A DNA stretch of 64,000 bases, taken from assembly GCA_951812325.1 (NCBI GenBank), contig OX638294.1:3198859-3262858 (forward strand), read 5' to 3'. The stretch is from an uncultured Thermoanaerobaculia bacterium (GTDB lineage: Bacteria; Acidobacteriota; Thermoanaerobaculia; Multivoradales; Multivoraceae). The notes under the pieces are model-generated. The model saw nothing but the letters and a program-made list of their open reading frames with translations. It was not told the DNA's origin and did no database searches. The position numbers and the translations under genes were made by a program. Positions 1 to 9,576 of this stretch are shown piece after piece. Position 1 is the first letter of the stretch, and the number at the start of each line of letters is the position of its first letter.

Positions 1-951
1 CAGGCTGCCGCCGAAGGAGGCGCCGATCGCGGAGCAGACGGCGGCGATCTCGTCCTCGGCCTGGTAGGTCGTGACCCCGAAGTGCTTGTAGGTCGCCAGT
101 TCGTGGAGCACGTCGCTGGCGGGGGTGATCGGGTAGGCGCCGAGGAACAGGGGCAGGCCGCTGCGGCGGCTGGCTGCCACCAGACCGATCGCCAACGCAG
201 AGTTGCCGTGGATGCTGCGGTAGATGCCGGGCTCGAGCTTCGCCGGTTCCACGTCGTACCGCACCTGGAAGGCGTCGGTGATGTCGCAGAAGTTCCAGCC
301 CGCCTTCATCACCTTGACGTTCGCCTCGGCGATCTCCGGGCGTCTCTTGAACTTGACCCGCAGCCAGTCGATCGTCGATTCGAGCGGCCGGCTGAACAGC
401 CAGTAGACCATCCCCAGGGCCAGGAAGTTCTTGCACCGGTCCTTGGAGCGGACGTCGAGCGGGCTGTCCTCCAGGGCGCGCCGGGTCATCGTCGTCAGGC
501 CCACCTGATAGAGCCGGAAGGCGTTCAGGCTGTCGTCCTCGAGGGGATTCCCCTCGTAGCCGGCCCGCTTCAGGTTGCGCGGCGAGAACTCGTCCGTGTT
601 GACGATGATCACGCCGTTGTCGCGCAGATCGCGCAGGTTCGCCTTGAGCGCCGCCGGGTTCATCGCGATGAGGACGTCCGGGGCGTCGCCCGGGGTGTGG
701 ATGTCGTGGTCGGCGATGCGGACCTGGAAACCGGAAACGCCAGCCAGGGTGCCGGCGGGCGCCCGGATCTCGGCCGGGAAGTCGGGCAACGTCGACAGGT
801 CGTTGCCGATCAACGCCGACGTGTTGGTGAACTGGGTGCCGGTGAGCTGCATGCCGTCGCCGGAATCGCCGGCGAAGCGGATCACCACGTCGGAGACGGT
901 CGCTTCGGCGGCTCTACCGGCGGCCGTCTGCCCTGCGATCGGGAGGGTCAT
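1..951 (-). CDS. korA: 2-oxoacid:acceptor oxidoreductase subunit alpha, 5' part (runs off the window edge)
   Basis: Hand translation from ATG at 951: MTLPIAGQ...[47 protein letters not shown]. Not in the ORF track because no stop lies inside the window. Confidence 0.88.
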   Translation of the reverse strand, partial: MTLPIAGQTAAGRAAEATVSDVVIRFAGDSGDGMQLTGTQFTNTSALIGNDLSTLPDFPAEIRAPAGTLAGVSGFQVRIADHDIHTPGDAPDVLIAMNPAALKANLRDLRDNGVIIVNTDEFSPRNLKRAGYEGNPLEDDSLNAFRLYQVGLTTMTRRALEDSPLDVRSKDRCKNFLALGMVYWLFSRPLESTIDWLRVKFKRRPEIAEANVKVMKAGWNFCDITDAFQVRYDVEPAKLEPGIYRSIHGNSALAIGLVAASRRSGLPLFLGAYPITPASDVLHELATYKHFGVTTYQAEDEIAAVCSAIGASFGGSL

Positions 952-1098
952 GTTCGTCTCTTGCGATGTGGACGCGGGCGTTCTCTTGCACGGCCAGGAA
1001 CTGCCGCCACGCACCGCGGGCGGTCAGGCTTCCGTCTCCGGTGGTGGTGAGGCCGCAGATAGTACCATGACGCTGCCCCGCGCGTTGGCGGAACCCAA

Positions 1099-3159
1099 GT
1101 GCCTGGTCGCGAGAAACAACCCAGCCGCAAGAGACCATGGCGTCGAGCCGCGTGGCTTGGGGGGCTGCTTGCCGCTCTCGGGCTTTCCAGCGCCACCCTG
1201 TCGCTGGACTCGCCGTTCGCGCTTGACCTGGTGGCCGGAACGGTCGCCAGCGTGGCGGGTGTCGTCGTCGCGTGGGTCGGCTTCGTCTGGCTGCAGCGGC
1301 GGCTGCTGTGGCGCGTCGGACGTCGGCTCGCCTTCAGTTACGCACTGCTCGGTCTGCTGCCCCTGCTGCTCAGCCTGGTGCTGGTGACCGTCGCTGCCTA
1401 CCTGCTTTCCGGATTCTTCCTCGGTCATCTGTACCGGGACGCGGCGATCGGCCTCCACGAGGAACTCGAGGCGGTCTCCGGCTTCCTCCTGCAGCCTCTC
1501 GAGATGGGCCTCCTCGATCCCGCGGGTCTGCCGACCACCCTGGACGGCGCGGCTCTGGCCTACTACCGGGGAAGCGCGCTCGCGGCCGGGGACCCGAGGG
1601 CGCCGGATTCCTTCCCGGAGTGGCTGGAATCCGACAGCGAGTTCGACCGCCAGCAGCGTCGGAGCAGAGTCCCGGAGCTGGTCGTGCTGCCCGACGGTTC
1701 GGCGACTCTGGCGGCCGCCTACCGTCGGGGGACATCAGCGGTCGTCGCCTTCTACGATCCCGAGGCCGGGGGCCTGCTGGAGCGGGAGTTGAGCCGTCGC
1801 AGCGATGTCTGGACGCGGCTCCGGCGTCAGGGCGAAACGGACGGCACGGGGTGGACGGTCCAGATCCTGGGCGCCGAATGGGTGCTGCAGCCACTGGCGC
1901 GGAACCAGGGCGGCGCGGAGCGCGAGGCCTTCTTCGAGTCCCTGAGCGCGAGTTCACCGTTCAGCATCGTGGGCGTCGAAATGGCCGGGCCGCTGCATGC
2001 CTTCGCGAGCGGCGAACCCGTATCGCCGCCGGTCTCGGCATCGCTCGCGGCGACACAGCCGATCGTTATCCGCCATCTCTTCTCGTCCTCGGGCCAGGTG
2101 GACACGCTGGGGTGGATCGCCTTCATCATTCCGGCCTTCCTGCTCTTCGACGTCTTCATCGCCGCGACGGTGATGGCCCTGTTCATGATCCTGGGGCTCA
2201 GCCGGGCCGTGAACCGGCTGAGTGCGGCGACCGGGAGAGTGCAGGCGGGCGACTTCACCGCCCGGATCCCGGTGCGTCGGCGGGATCAGATCGGCGCCCT
2301 GCAGACCTCGTTCAACGAGATGGCCCGAAGCCTCGAGGATCTGGTTGCCGAACGCGCCGCGAAGCACGTCCTGGAGCAGGAGCTCGAGATCGCTCGCGAA
2401 GTCCAGAAGAGCTTGATTCCGGGCCGCAGCCTGCAGTCGGAAGGCGTGGAGTTCGCCACCTACTTCGAGCCCTCCGCGGCGATCGGCGGAGACTACTTCG
2501 ACATCGTTCGGCTGCCCGGCGACGACGGCGGGGAGAGCGATCGGCTGGCGGTGGTGGTCGCGGATGTCGCCGGCCACGGGCTCTCCGCAGGGCTGCGCAT
2601 GGCGATGCTCAAGGCGGGGCTGCTGACCCTGGTCGAGGAGGGCAAGCCGCCCCGGGAGATTCTGTCGTCTCTGGATCGGCTGGTGCGATCCGGCGGCGAC
2701 CGCACCTTCGTGACCGCGAGTCTGTCCATCGTCGATCTCTCCGCGGCCGTCGTCGACGTGACGAATGCCGGCCATCCACCCGCCTACCTGCTGCGGCGGA
2801 ACGAGGTCGAGGAGATCCTGCTGCCGGGGACGCCGCTGGGCGCGCTGGGCGAGGACTACGGCTTCCGGCGCATCGAGTTGCAGCCCGGAGACGTCCTGGT
2901 CTGGCTGTCGGACGGCTTCATCGAAGCTCCCGGACGGGATGGCGAACCGTTCGGCTACGACCGGACCAGGGACTCGCTCAAGGGCCTGGCCGGCAGCGCG
3001 AAGGAGGTTTGCGACCGCATCCTCGGACAGATGAGGCGGCATACCGAAGGCGTCGGGGTCGAGGACGACCTGACCCTGGTCGTCATGCGCTATCAACCGG
3101 AAGCCGCCGCGGCGGAGAATCCGGCCCGTCCGGAGTTCGTCACCGCGGCCGGCGCCTGA
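1099..3159 (+). CDS. Membrane-bound HAMP + PP2C/SpoIIE (RsbU-like) serine phosphatase
   Basis: N-terminal TM helices, HAMP segment (RDQIGALQTSFNEMA), ELEIAREVQKSL, IGGDYFD, VADVAGHG, NAGHPP, SDGFIEA, DDLTLVV. Confidence 0.9.
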   Translation: MPGREKQPSRKRPWRRAAWLGGLLAALGLSSATLSLDSPFALDLVAGTVASVAGVVVAWVGFVWLQRRLLWRVGRRLAFSYALLGLLPLLLSLVLVTVAAYLLSGFFLGHLYRDAAIGLHEELEAVSGFLLQPLEMGLLDPAGLPTTLDGAALAYYRGSALAAGDPRAPDSFPEWLESDSEFDRQQRRSRVPELVVLPDGSATLAAAYRRGTSAVVAFYDPEAGGLLERELSRRSDVWTRLRRQGETDGTGWTVQILGAEWVLQPLARNQGGAEREAFFESLSASSPFSIVGVEMAGPLHAFASGEPVSPPVSASLAATQPIVIRHLFSSSGQVDTLGWIAFIIPAFLLFDVFIAATVMALFMILGLSRAVNRLSAATGRVQAGDFTARIPVRRRDQIGALQTSFNEMARSLEDLVAERAAKHVLEQELEIAREVQKSLIPGRSLQSEGVEFATYFEPSAAIGGDYFDIVRLPGDDGGESDRLAVVVADVAGHGLSAGLRMAMLKAGLLTLVEEGKPPREILSSLDRLVRSGGDRTFVTASLSIVDLSAAVVDVTNAGHPPAYLLRRNEVEEILLPGTPLGALGEDYGFRRIELQPGDVLVWLSDGFIEAPGRDGEPFGYDRTRDSLKGLAGSAKEVCDRILGQMRRHTEGVGVEDDLTLVVMRYQPEAAAAENPARPEFVTAAGA

Positions 3160-3171
3160 CGGAGGTCGCGC

Positions 3172-4008
3172 GTGGGCGTCGACTTGCGGGCAGCTGGGGC
3201 CGCCGCGGCGAGGACGGCCCGATGGTCACGGGATCCGTCGCCTGTGCGGTCGCCAAGGACGCGGCGCTGCCGCCATCGCGGCGACGACGGCCCGCTTGTC
3301 ACGACGCCCGGGTCGCTCATCAGCGTCGGCTTGCGGGCAGGTGCCGCGGCCGTTGCCCTGGTCCTGGGCGCTGCCCCGGCCTGGGCGGAACTGGCGCTTC
3401 TGACCAACGGCTACCGCTACCGGGTGACCGCGTGGGAGCTGCTCGAACAGCGGGGCACGAACACCGAGCGCATCCGGCTGACGCTGGAGAACGGCGGTTC
3501 GGTCACCCTGCCGTTGATTCGGGTCGAGCGCATCTTCGACGACGAGATCGTCGAGGAGCCGCCCCCCGAGGCGCCGCCGGAGGCCGGCTTCTCGCTCGAC
3601 TACCGACCGGGACAGACGGCGCCGGCCGTCCCCTGGGGTGAGCTGTTCCTGGAAGTCGGGCGGGAGCACGAGTTGAACCCCGACCTCCTGGCGGCGATGG
3701 CGCGCGCGGAGTCGGCCTACGATCCCGGCGCCGTCTCGTCGAAGGGCGCCCGCGGCTTGCTGCAACTCATGCCGGCGACCGCGGAGCGGTTCGGGGTCGC
3801 GGCGCGGGAGCTGCACGACCCGGCCCGCAACGTGCTCGCCGCGGCCCGCTATCTGACCTGGTTGCGCCGCCGGTTCGAGGACGACCTGCCGCGCGTGCTG
3901 GCCGGCTACAACGCGGGCGAAGGAGCGGTCGACGCCCACGACGGGGTGCCGCCCTACCGGGAGACGATGAACTTCATCGGCCGCGTCTACGGCTTCCTGG
4001 GCCTTTGA
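3172..4008 (+). CDS. Lytic transglycosylase (SLT domain), secreted; true start may be downstream (e.g. TTG 3331)
   Basis: AMARAESAYDPGAVSSKGARGLLQLMPATA, AGYNAGEGAV, GVPPYRET. Confidence 0.88.
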   Translation: MGVDLRAAGAAAARTARWSRDPSPVRSPRTRRCRHRGDDGPLVTTPGSLISVGLRAGAAAVALVLGAAPAWAELALLTNGYRYRVTAWELLEQRGTNTERIRLTLENGGSVTLPLIRVERIFDDEIVEEPPPEAPPEAGFSLDYRPGQTAPAVPWGELFLEVGREHELNPDLLAAMARAESAYDPGAVSSKGARGLLQLMPATAERFGVAARELHDPARNVLAAARYLTWLRRRFEDDLPRVLAGYNAGEGAVDAHDGVPPYRETMNFIGRVYGFLGL

Positions 4009-4174
4009 ACACCGGGTTGCACGGGCGTTCCGGAAGCCCGCCCGGCGGCAGCGCCGCGAAGCCGCGCAGATGCCGGGTTTCCTGAGCGACTCCGCGGCGA
4101 CACCGCGGTGAGGTGGGCGCTCCGGGCCAGACACCCCGTCCTGAAACGAGGCTGGAGCGGCGGGCCTGGCGGTG

Positions 4175-5101
4175 TCAGGTGGCCCGTGGGTGATGGCGGT
4201 CGTACAGCGTGCGGAGCCGGTGCTCGTGGATATGGGTGTAGATCTGCGTGGTCGTGATGTTCGCGTGGCCGAGCATCACCTGCACGGCGCGCAGGTCGGC
4301 GCCGTGCTCGAGCAGGTGGGTGGCGAAGCTGTGGCGCAGCACGTGGGGCGACAGGTCGGGGATGCCGGCGCCCCGCCCGTAGTTCCTGAGCAGCTTCCAG
4401 AGTCCCTGCCGGGTCAGTCCGCCGCCGCGATAGCTGACGAAGACAACGTCGTGGCGGCCCTTCGCCATCACCGGCCGCACGTCCCTCAGGTAGCGGTTGA
4501 GCCAGGTCTCGGCCGACTCGCCCACCGGCACGACCCGTTCCTTGGCCCCCTTGCCGAACGCAATGAGGAAGCCCGCGTCGAGCTGGAGCTGGCTCCGTTC
4601 GAGGCCGACCATCTCGCTGACCCGCAGGCCTGTGGCGTAGAGCAACTCGATCATCGCCCGATCCCTCACTCCCGGAGGCCGGCTGGTGTCGGGGGCGCGG
4701 AGCAGAGCCCCGACCTGCTCTTCGCGGAGCACCCTGGGCAACCGACGGGGCAGCCGCGGCGGGTAGAGGTTGACTGCCGGGTTGTCGTCACGGTCGCCCT
4801 CGTGGACGAGGAAGGCGTAGAACCGGCGCATCGAGACCAGGGCGCGACTGATCGAGCGCGGCGACAGCCCCTCAAGGCGCAGTCGCCGCAGGTGACGCGC
4901 GAGCTGCTCCACGGTGGCAGCCAGCAGGTCGCCGCCGTCATCCTCCAGGTTGCTCCTCAGCCGAAGCAGGTCGCGCCGGTAGGCGTCCACCGTATGCCGG
5001 GAGAGGCCCCGCTCGACCAGCAGACCGTCGAGATAGCGGTCCAGTGTCCGCTCACTCCCGGACACCGCGGACGGCCGGCTCGAGGTCTTTGTCGCGGGCA
5101 T
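4175..5101 (-). CDS. xerD: Site-specific tyrosine recombinase XerD
   Basis: ERGLSRHTVDAY, RDRAMIELLYATGLRVSE, GKGAKERVVP, SPHVLRHSFATHLLEHGADLRAVQVMLGHANITTTQIY; start set at ATG 5101 inside the longer track ORF. Confidence 0.9.
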   Translation of the reverse strand: MPATKTSSRPSAVSGSERTLDRYLDGLLVERGLSRHTVDAYRRDLLRLRSNLEDDGGDLLAATVEQLARHLRRLRLEGLSPRSISRALVSMRRFYAFLVHEGDRDDNPAVNLYPPRLPRRLPRVLREEQVGALLRAPDTSRPPGVRDRAMIELLYATGLRVSEMVGLERSQLQLDAGFLIAFGKGAKERVVPVGESAETWLNRYLRDVRPVMAKGRHDVVFVSYRGGGLTRQGLWKLLRNYGRGAGIPDLSPHVLRHSFATHLLEHGADLRAVQVMLGHANITTTQIYTHIHEHRLRTLYDRHHPRAT

Positions 5102-5314
5102 GGGTCGTATGGCCAACAATCTATCAGTCGTGCTGGATACTCGATCATGCCGCTCTGGCCGGCGGCGCCGTTGGTCGGTTGCAGTAGAGATCACCGCTGG
5201 CCCGGCGCCGGTTCTCTGGGTGCGCGGTCCGTTGCGCGCGCCTTTGGCCCCCGATCCGAGCGCAGCGGCGAAGCGGCGAGCGCGAGTCGCGTTGCCCCGC
5301 GCTACGATTCCCCA

Positions 5315-6964
5315 ATGATCAAACGAGCTCTCGCCCTCGCGTTTCCTCTTCTCGCGTTTCTCCTCGGCGCCTGCAGCACACCCGCTCCGCCGCCCGATAC
5401 CGCAACCCAACTCGACACCTGGATCGCCGACCTGGCCGACGACGCGATGGAAGGCCGCGGCCCCGGCACGGCCGGCGACGTGATGGCGCGCCAGTACATC
5501 GCCGACGTGATGGCCGGCATGGGCCTCGAACCCGCGGCCGCCGACGGTAGCTGGGAGCAGCCCTTCGACATCGTCGGCATCGACGCGGCGGTGCCCGAGA
5601 CCTGGACGTTCCACTCCAGCGCCGGCGACAGCGTGGAGTTTGCGTTTTGGGACGAGTTCATCGCGCACAGCGGCGTCCAGTCGGAGCAGGCCGCGATCGA
5701 GAACGCCGAACTCGTGTTCGTCGGCTACGGCATCCAGGCGCCCGAGTACGGCTGGGACGACTACGGCGACGCGGACCTCGCCGGCAAGGTGCTCGTCATG
5801 CTGAACAACGATCCGGACTGGGATCCGGACCTGTTCGAGGGCGACCGCCGCCTCTACTACGGCCGCTGGACGTACAAGTACGAGAGCGCCGCGGCTCAGG
5901 GCGCCGTCGGTGCGATCATCATCCACACGACCCCTTCGGCGGGCTACCCGTTCCAGGTCGTACAGACCTCCTGGACCGGCCCGCAGTTCGAGCTTCCCGC
6001 GGAAGGCGAGGCCCGCACCCGGATCAACGCCTGGCTGACGGAGGAGGCCTCCCGACGGCTCTTCGCGCTGGCCGGCGTCGACTACGACGCGACCCTGGAA
6101 TCGGCCCGGAGCGCCGACTTCGTGCCGGTGCCGCTCGGCCTGTCGACCAGCCTTTCGCTGACGAACACGGTAACCAGCGAGCAGACCGCCAACGTGCTCG
6201 GCGCCCTGCCCGGCAGCGACCCGGAACTGGCCGACGAGTGGGTCGTCTTCACCGCCCACCACGACCACATGGGCATCTCGCCGGACGAGAGCCTGGAGGA
6301 CCGGATCTACAACGGCGCCCTGGACAACGCGGCCGGCGTTGCCCAGGTGCTCGCGGTCGCCGGCGAGCTGGCCGCGCAAGAGCCCGGTCCGAGCAGGTCC
6401 ATCCTGTTCGCCTTCGTCGGCGCCGAGGAGCAGGGACTGCTCGGCTCCGAGTACTACGCCGCTCATCCCACCGTGCCGCCCGGCAAGATGGCCGCGAACA
6501 TCAACTACGACGGCGGCAACCAGTGGGGCCGCACCCGCGACGTGACCTACATCGGCTACGGCAAATCGAGCCTCGACGGTGTCGTCGAAGCGGCCGCGGC
6601 CGAACAGGGCCGCACCGTGCTGCCCGACCAGTTCCCGGCCAACGGCTACTTCTACCGCTCGGACCAGTTGAACTTCGCCCGCATCGGCGTGCCGGCGATT
6701 TACCTGGACAACGGCACCGACTTCATCGACCGCCCCGAAGGCTGGGGCCACGAGCAGCTCAAGGCCTGGACCGAGAACATCTACCACCAGGTCTCCGACG
6801 AGTACGGCGAGGACTGGAACCTCGAAGGCATGGTCGACGACGTCGAACTCGGCCTCGCCTGCGCCCGCGCCATTTCCGAGAACCCCGAACTCCCGTCCTG
6901 GAACCCCGGCGACGAGTTCGAGGCGGCACGGTTGGCGGCGCTGGCCGCCGTGTCGGGCGAGTAG
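5315..6964 (+). CDS. M28 family peptidase with PA domain, lipoprotein
   Basis: Lipobox LLGAC, MEGRGPGT, TAHHDH, YNGALDNAAG, AEEQGLLGS, YRSDQ, YHQVSD. Confidence 0.9.
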   Translation: MIKRALALAFPLLAFLLGACSTPAPPPDTATQLDTWIADLADDAMEGRGPGTAGDVMARQYIADVMAGMGLEPAAADGSWEQPFDIVGIDAAVPETWTFHSSAGDSVEFAFWDEFIAHSGVQSEQAAIENAELVFVGYGIQAPEYGWDDYGDADLAGKVLVMLNNDPDWDPDLFEGDRRLYYGRWTYKYESAAAQGAVGAIIIHTTPSAGYPFQVVQTSWTGPQFELPAEGEARTRINAWLTEEASRRLFALAGVDYDATLESARSADFVPVPLGLSTSLSLTNTVTSEQTANVLGALPGSDPELADEWVVFTAHHDHMGISPDESLEDRIYNGALDNAAGVAQVLAVAGELAAQEPGPSRSILFAFVGAEEQGLLGSEYYAAHPTVPPGKMAANINYDGGNQWGRTRDVTYIGYGKSSLDGVVEAAAAEQGRTVLPDQFPANGYFYRSDQLNFARIGVPAIYLDNGTDFIDRPEGWGHEQLKAWTENIYHQVSDEYGEDWNLEGMVDDVELGLACARAISENPELPSWNPGDEFEAARLAALAAVSGE

Positions 6965-7039
6965 TGCGCGGCATGGGCGTCGGAAGCGCCCGTCCGCGTC
7001 CGGTCACACAAGCGCGCCGCAGCTCTGCCAGAGAGTCCC

Positions 7040-7279
7040 ATGAGTGAAGCCCGTATAGCTGAGCGTGTTCCGGCCAAGATCGAACTCGAAGCCGGCGCCT
7101 ACTGGTGGTGCCGGTGCGGCGAGTCGAAGAACCAACCGTTCTGCGATGGATCCCATCGCGGTACGGACTTTGAGCCGATGCGGCTGACGTTGGAGGAGGA
7201 CCGCCGGGTCGCGCTCTGCCAGTGCAAGCGGAGCGACAAGATGCCGCACTGCGACGGCAGCCACAGGTTCCTGGACTGA
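7040..7279 (+). CDS. CDGSH iron-sulfur domain protein (two CDGSH motifs)
   Basis: WCRCGESKNQPFCDGSH and LCQCKRSDKMPHCDGSH. Confidence 0.92.
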   Translation: MSEARIAERVPAKIELEAGAYWWCRCGESKNQPFCDGSHRGTDFEPMRLTLEEDRRVALCQCKRSDKMPHCDGSHRFLD

Positions 7280-7348
7280 GTCGTCTCGGATAGACCGGGA
7301 CACGCCAGCATGCCAGACTGTCTCTCTCATGCGATACGGAAGGCTCGA

Positions 7349-7630
7349 ATGACGACGGAGAGTTCGATGTTGCACGTCCGGATGGACGCCGAGATGAAGC
7401 GGAAGGCGACGGCAGCGCTCGCAGCGATGGGACTGACGGCTTCGGAGGCCGTGCGGCTGTTGTTTCACCGCATCGCCGTCGATCAGGCCTTCCCGCTCGA
7501 GCTCAAGGTGCCGAACGCGCGGACCCGCCACGCCATGGCCGAGGTGGACGAGATGGTGGAGAAGCGCAGCGCGCGGTTCGCCAGCGCGGACGAGGTGTCT
7601 GCGGAGCTTGAAAAAGCCAGCGTCCGCTAG
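7349..7630 (+). CDS. RelB/DinJ family antitoxin (no intact toxin downstream)
   Basis: MLHVRMDAEMKRKATAALAAMGLTASEAVRLLFHRIAVDQAFPLELKVPNA, a ribbon-helix-helix DinJ-type pattern. Confidence 0.85.
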   Translation: MTTESSMLHVRMDAEMKRKATAALAAMGLTASEAVRLLFHRIAVDQAFPLELKVPNARTRHAMAEVDEMVEKRSARFASADEVSAELEKASVR

Positions 7631-7721
7631 AGCTGGCTTCACTCATGGGACCAGCTCCTCTGTCTATTCGAACAGTTCCGCGTGCGTGCCTGCACGCGCC
7701 AAGTAGATGGACCAGTGCCGC

Positions 7722-7868
7722 ATGAGCGACCCTAACTGGAAGAACCGCACTCTCCGGACGGGGCGCGACAATCTTGAAGTCATGCGTGGCCTGAACTCCG
7801 AGTCGGTGGACCTCATCTACCTTGACCGGGGACTAAGTCTCAGGCGCAATTCCTGCGCGAACGCATGA
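7722..7868 (+). pseudogene. N-terminal remnant of an N6/N4 site-specific DNA methyltransferase
   Basis: Hand translation MSDPNWKNRTLRTGRDNLEVMRGLNSESVDLIYLD-RGLSLRRNSCANA*; breaks exactly where the catalytic DPP(F/Y) motif is expected. Confidence 0.7.
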
Positions 7869-7977
7869 GTCTGCAAAGCACGGTCACTTCCTGGCTGGGG
7901 AGTGGATGAAGAAGAACCTGTAGGCCGTCCTCGAGACCAAGACGGACATCTTCGACAGCGGGACGCGCTCGCGCATC

Positions 7978-8403
7978 ATGGCGAGAGTCCGGAACCGGAA
8001 CACTGGGCCGGAGTTGATCCTGCGCCGGGCGCTCCACGCCCGCGGGCTGCGGTACAAGCTACACGATTCCGCGCTTCCCGGTCGGCCGGATCTCGTCTTT
8101 CCTCGTTTCGGAGCGGTTTGCTTCATGCACGGCTGTTTCTGGCATCGCCACGAAGGCTGTCGCCGCGCGACGACACCGGCGACCAACAGGAGTTCTTGGG
8201 AGCGGAAGTTCGCGGCAAATGTTCGGCGTGACCGGAAGAACCGGATGGCACTGCTTGAGGCCGGCTGGCGTGTCGGGGTGGTCTGGGAGTGCGCTCTACG
8301 CCCCAAGGAGCGCTTGGAGGCGGTGGCAGCGAGTGTTGAGGGATGGCTGAAGGGACAGCGCAAGGAGTTCACAGCCGGTCGCCGGCAGGCTGGCGGGTCA
8401 TAG
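7978..8403 (+). CDS. vsr: Very short patch repair endonuclease Vsr
   Basis: MARVRNRNTGPELILRRALHARGLRY, LPGRPDLVF, FMHGCFWHRH, GWRVGVVWEC. Confidence 0.92.
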   Translation: MARVRNRNTGPELILRRALHARGLRYKLHDSALPGRPDLVFPRFGAVCFMHGCFWHRHEGCRRATTPATNRSSWERKFAANVRRDRKNRMALLEAGWRVGVVWECALRPKERLEAVAASVEGWLKGQRKEFTAGRRQAGGS

Positions 8404-9576
8404 CCATGCTGGAAGTGCGAGCGGAAGGGCTGAAGACGCGATAGGTAGTGCGGGTAGGCCGTTCCTGGCTCGGGATGGTACGAGGTCGTCGGCGCTGCTT
8501 CTGGCGAGTCCATGCGAGATAAGGTTCCACTTCTTCTTCCCGAGGCATGCCGGCGGTTTCTTCTCAAGTCCCTCAGTCAGCATGTTCAGGACCTCAGGTA
8601 CCTTGGCTTTACGGTCTTCAAAGAACTCCACATGATCGTCTGCGAAGCGGTCGCTCAACCAATGCTTGATTGCGTCGATTCCTGCGGGACACGTTTTGTC
8701 GACTGCGTCGTCCATGATACCGCGAAGTTCGCTGGCGATCTGCCCCACCATGTGCTGTTCTGAATCCGAAGGCTGCGGAAGACATGCGCGGTGCGCAAGA
8801 AAGGCTGGATCAAGGTCCGGTCCGAAGTGTTCCAGTACCCGGTATACGTTCTCCCGGACGGCGGCGAGAGCAGTGAGAACGAGGCTGGGCAGGAGTCCCT
8901 GGGCCATTTCGGCGACGTCGGCGATGAGCCGCTCGGCCAACTCTTCTTCGTTCACAACCGTGTTCAGGGCGTCGGCGCCGGAGCCGGGCTTCCCGTAGAC
9001 GACGATCCGGCACGCTCCGAAGTCGATGCGACCATGGTCGTCTGTCGTCCGAGTCGTTCCATGGGGTGCGTCCAGGTCGTTAAGGCGTTCGGAAATTCGT
9101 CTGCGAATGTCCTGGCGGTCGGGCTCGCCGGTGTAGAACGCGATCAAGCGAAGCCGAGCGGGCTGATCTGCCCGCAGGATACGCTTTAGCAGTGGCAATG
9201 CGGTCGCGCCGCTGGTTCGGCTCAGCCGCCAGTCCAAAATGACGATGTCCGCACGAGCGATGGCTTTGACGAGAGCCTCAAGGTCGTCTTGGTCTCGCGG
9301 GGGCAGTACTACGCCGCAGACCATCCCCTGGCGGGCAAACGACAAGGTGATGGGGTCAACCTTCAGGGGCCGGGACGGACCATGTTGCGGGGCGGCTTGG
9401 GCCGGTGCTTGGCTCGAGGCGCGCTGGTCGGGTGGGGTCAGCCCGCCGTGGACCGGCGTCTCTGCCGGGGCGGAGAGCTCGTCGTCAACGACCACCGCTG
9501 TCAGCAGGAAGCGCCGGACGATCTCTTCACAGTGCTCGCCAAGCGCGTTCGCTTCCGGGGAGCTAGGGTTGGTCAT
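8398..9576 (-). CDS. Receiver-domain protein of the MORC-type RM-associated module; probably C-terminally truncated
   Basis: AVVVDDE, ADIVILDW (putative phospho-Asp), AFYTGE, VYGK; start overlaps the end of the kinase gene; last ~30 aa look out of character and overlap the vsr stop. Confidence 0.72.
   Translation of the reverse strand: MTNPSSPEANALGEHCEEIVRRFLLTAVVVDDELSAPAETPVHGGLTPPDQRASSQAPAQAAPQHGPSRPLKVDPITLSFARQGMVCGVVLPPRDQDDLEALVKAIARADIVILDWRLSRTSGATALPLLKRILRADQPARLRLIAFYTGEPDRQDIRRRISERLNDLDAPHGTTRTTDDHGRIDFGACRIVVYGKPGSGADALNTVVNEEELAERLIADVAEMAQGLLPSLVLTALAAVRENVYRVLEHFGPDLDPAFLAHRACLPQPSDSEQHMVGQIASELRGIMDDAVDKTCPAGIDAIKHWLSDRFADDHVEFFEDRKAKVPEVLNMLTEGLEKKPPACLGKKKWNLISHGLARSSADDLVPSRARNGLPALPIASSALPLALPAWL

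Noticed and set aside
4009-4174. Possible tRNA or ncRNA between convergent genes
   Set aside because: No T-loop/D-loop consensus or cloverleaf; only generic GC pairing
4175-5101. Tyrosine recombinase as integrase of the nearby defence island
   Set aside because: Sequence is canonical chromosomal XerD with host-like codons, separated from the island by core genes; no att or dif site recognised
4172-6964. Apparent 930-aa and 870-aa overlapping giant ORFs
   Set aside because: Upstream extensions are the antisense of the divergent xerD and M28 genes; real starts are near 5101 (-) and 5315 (+)
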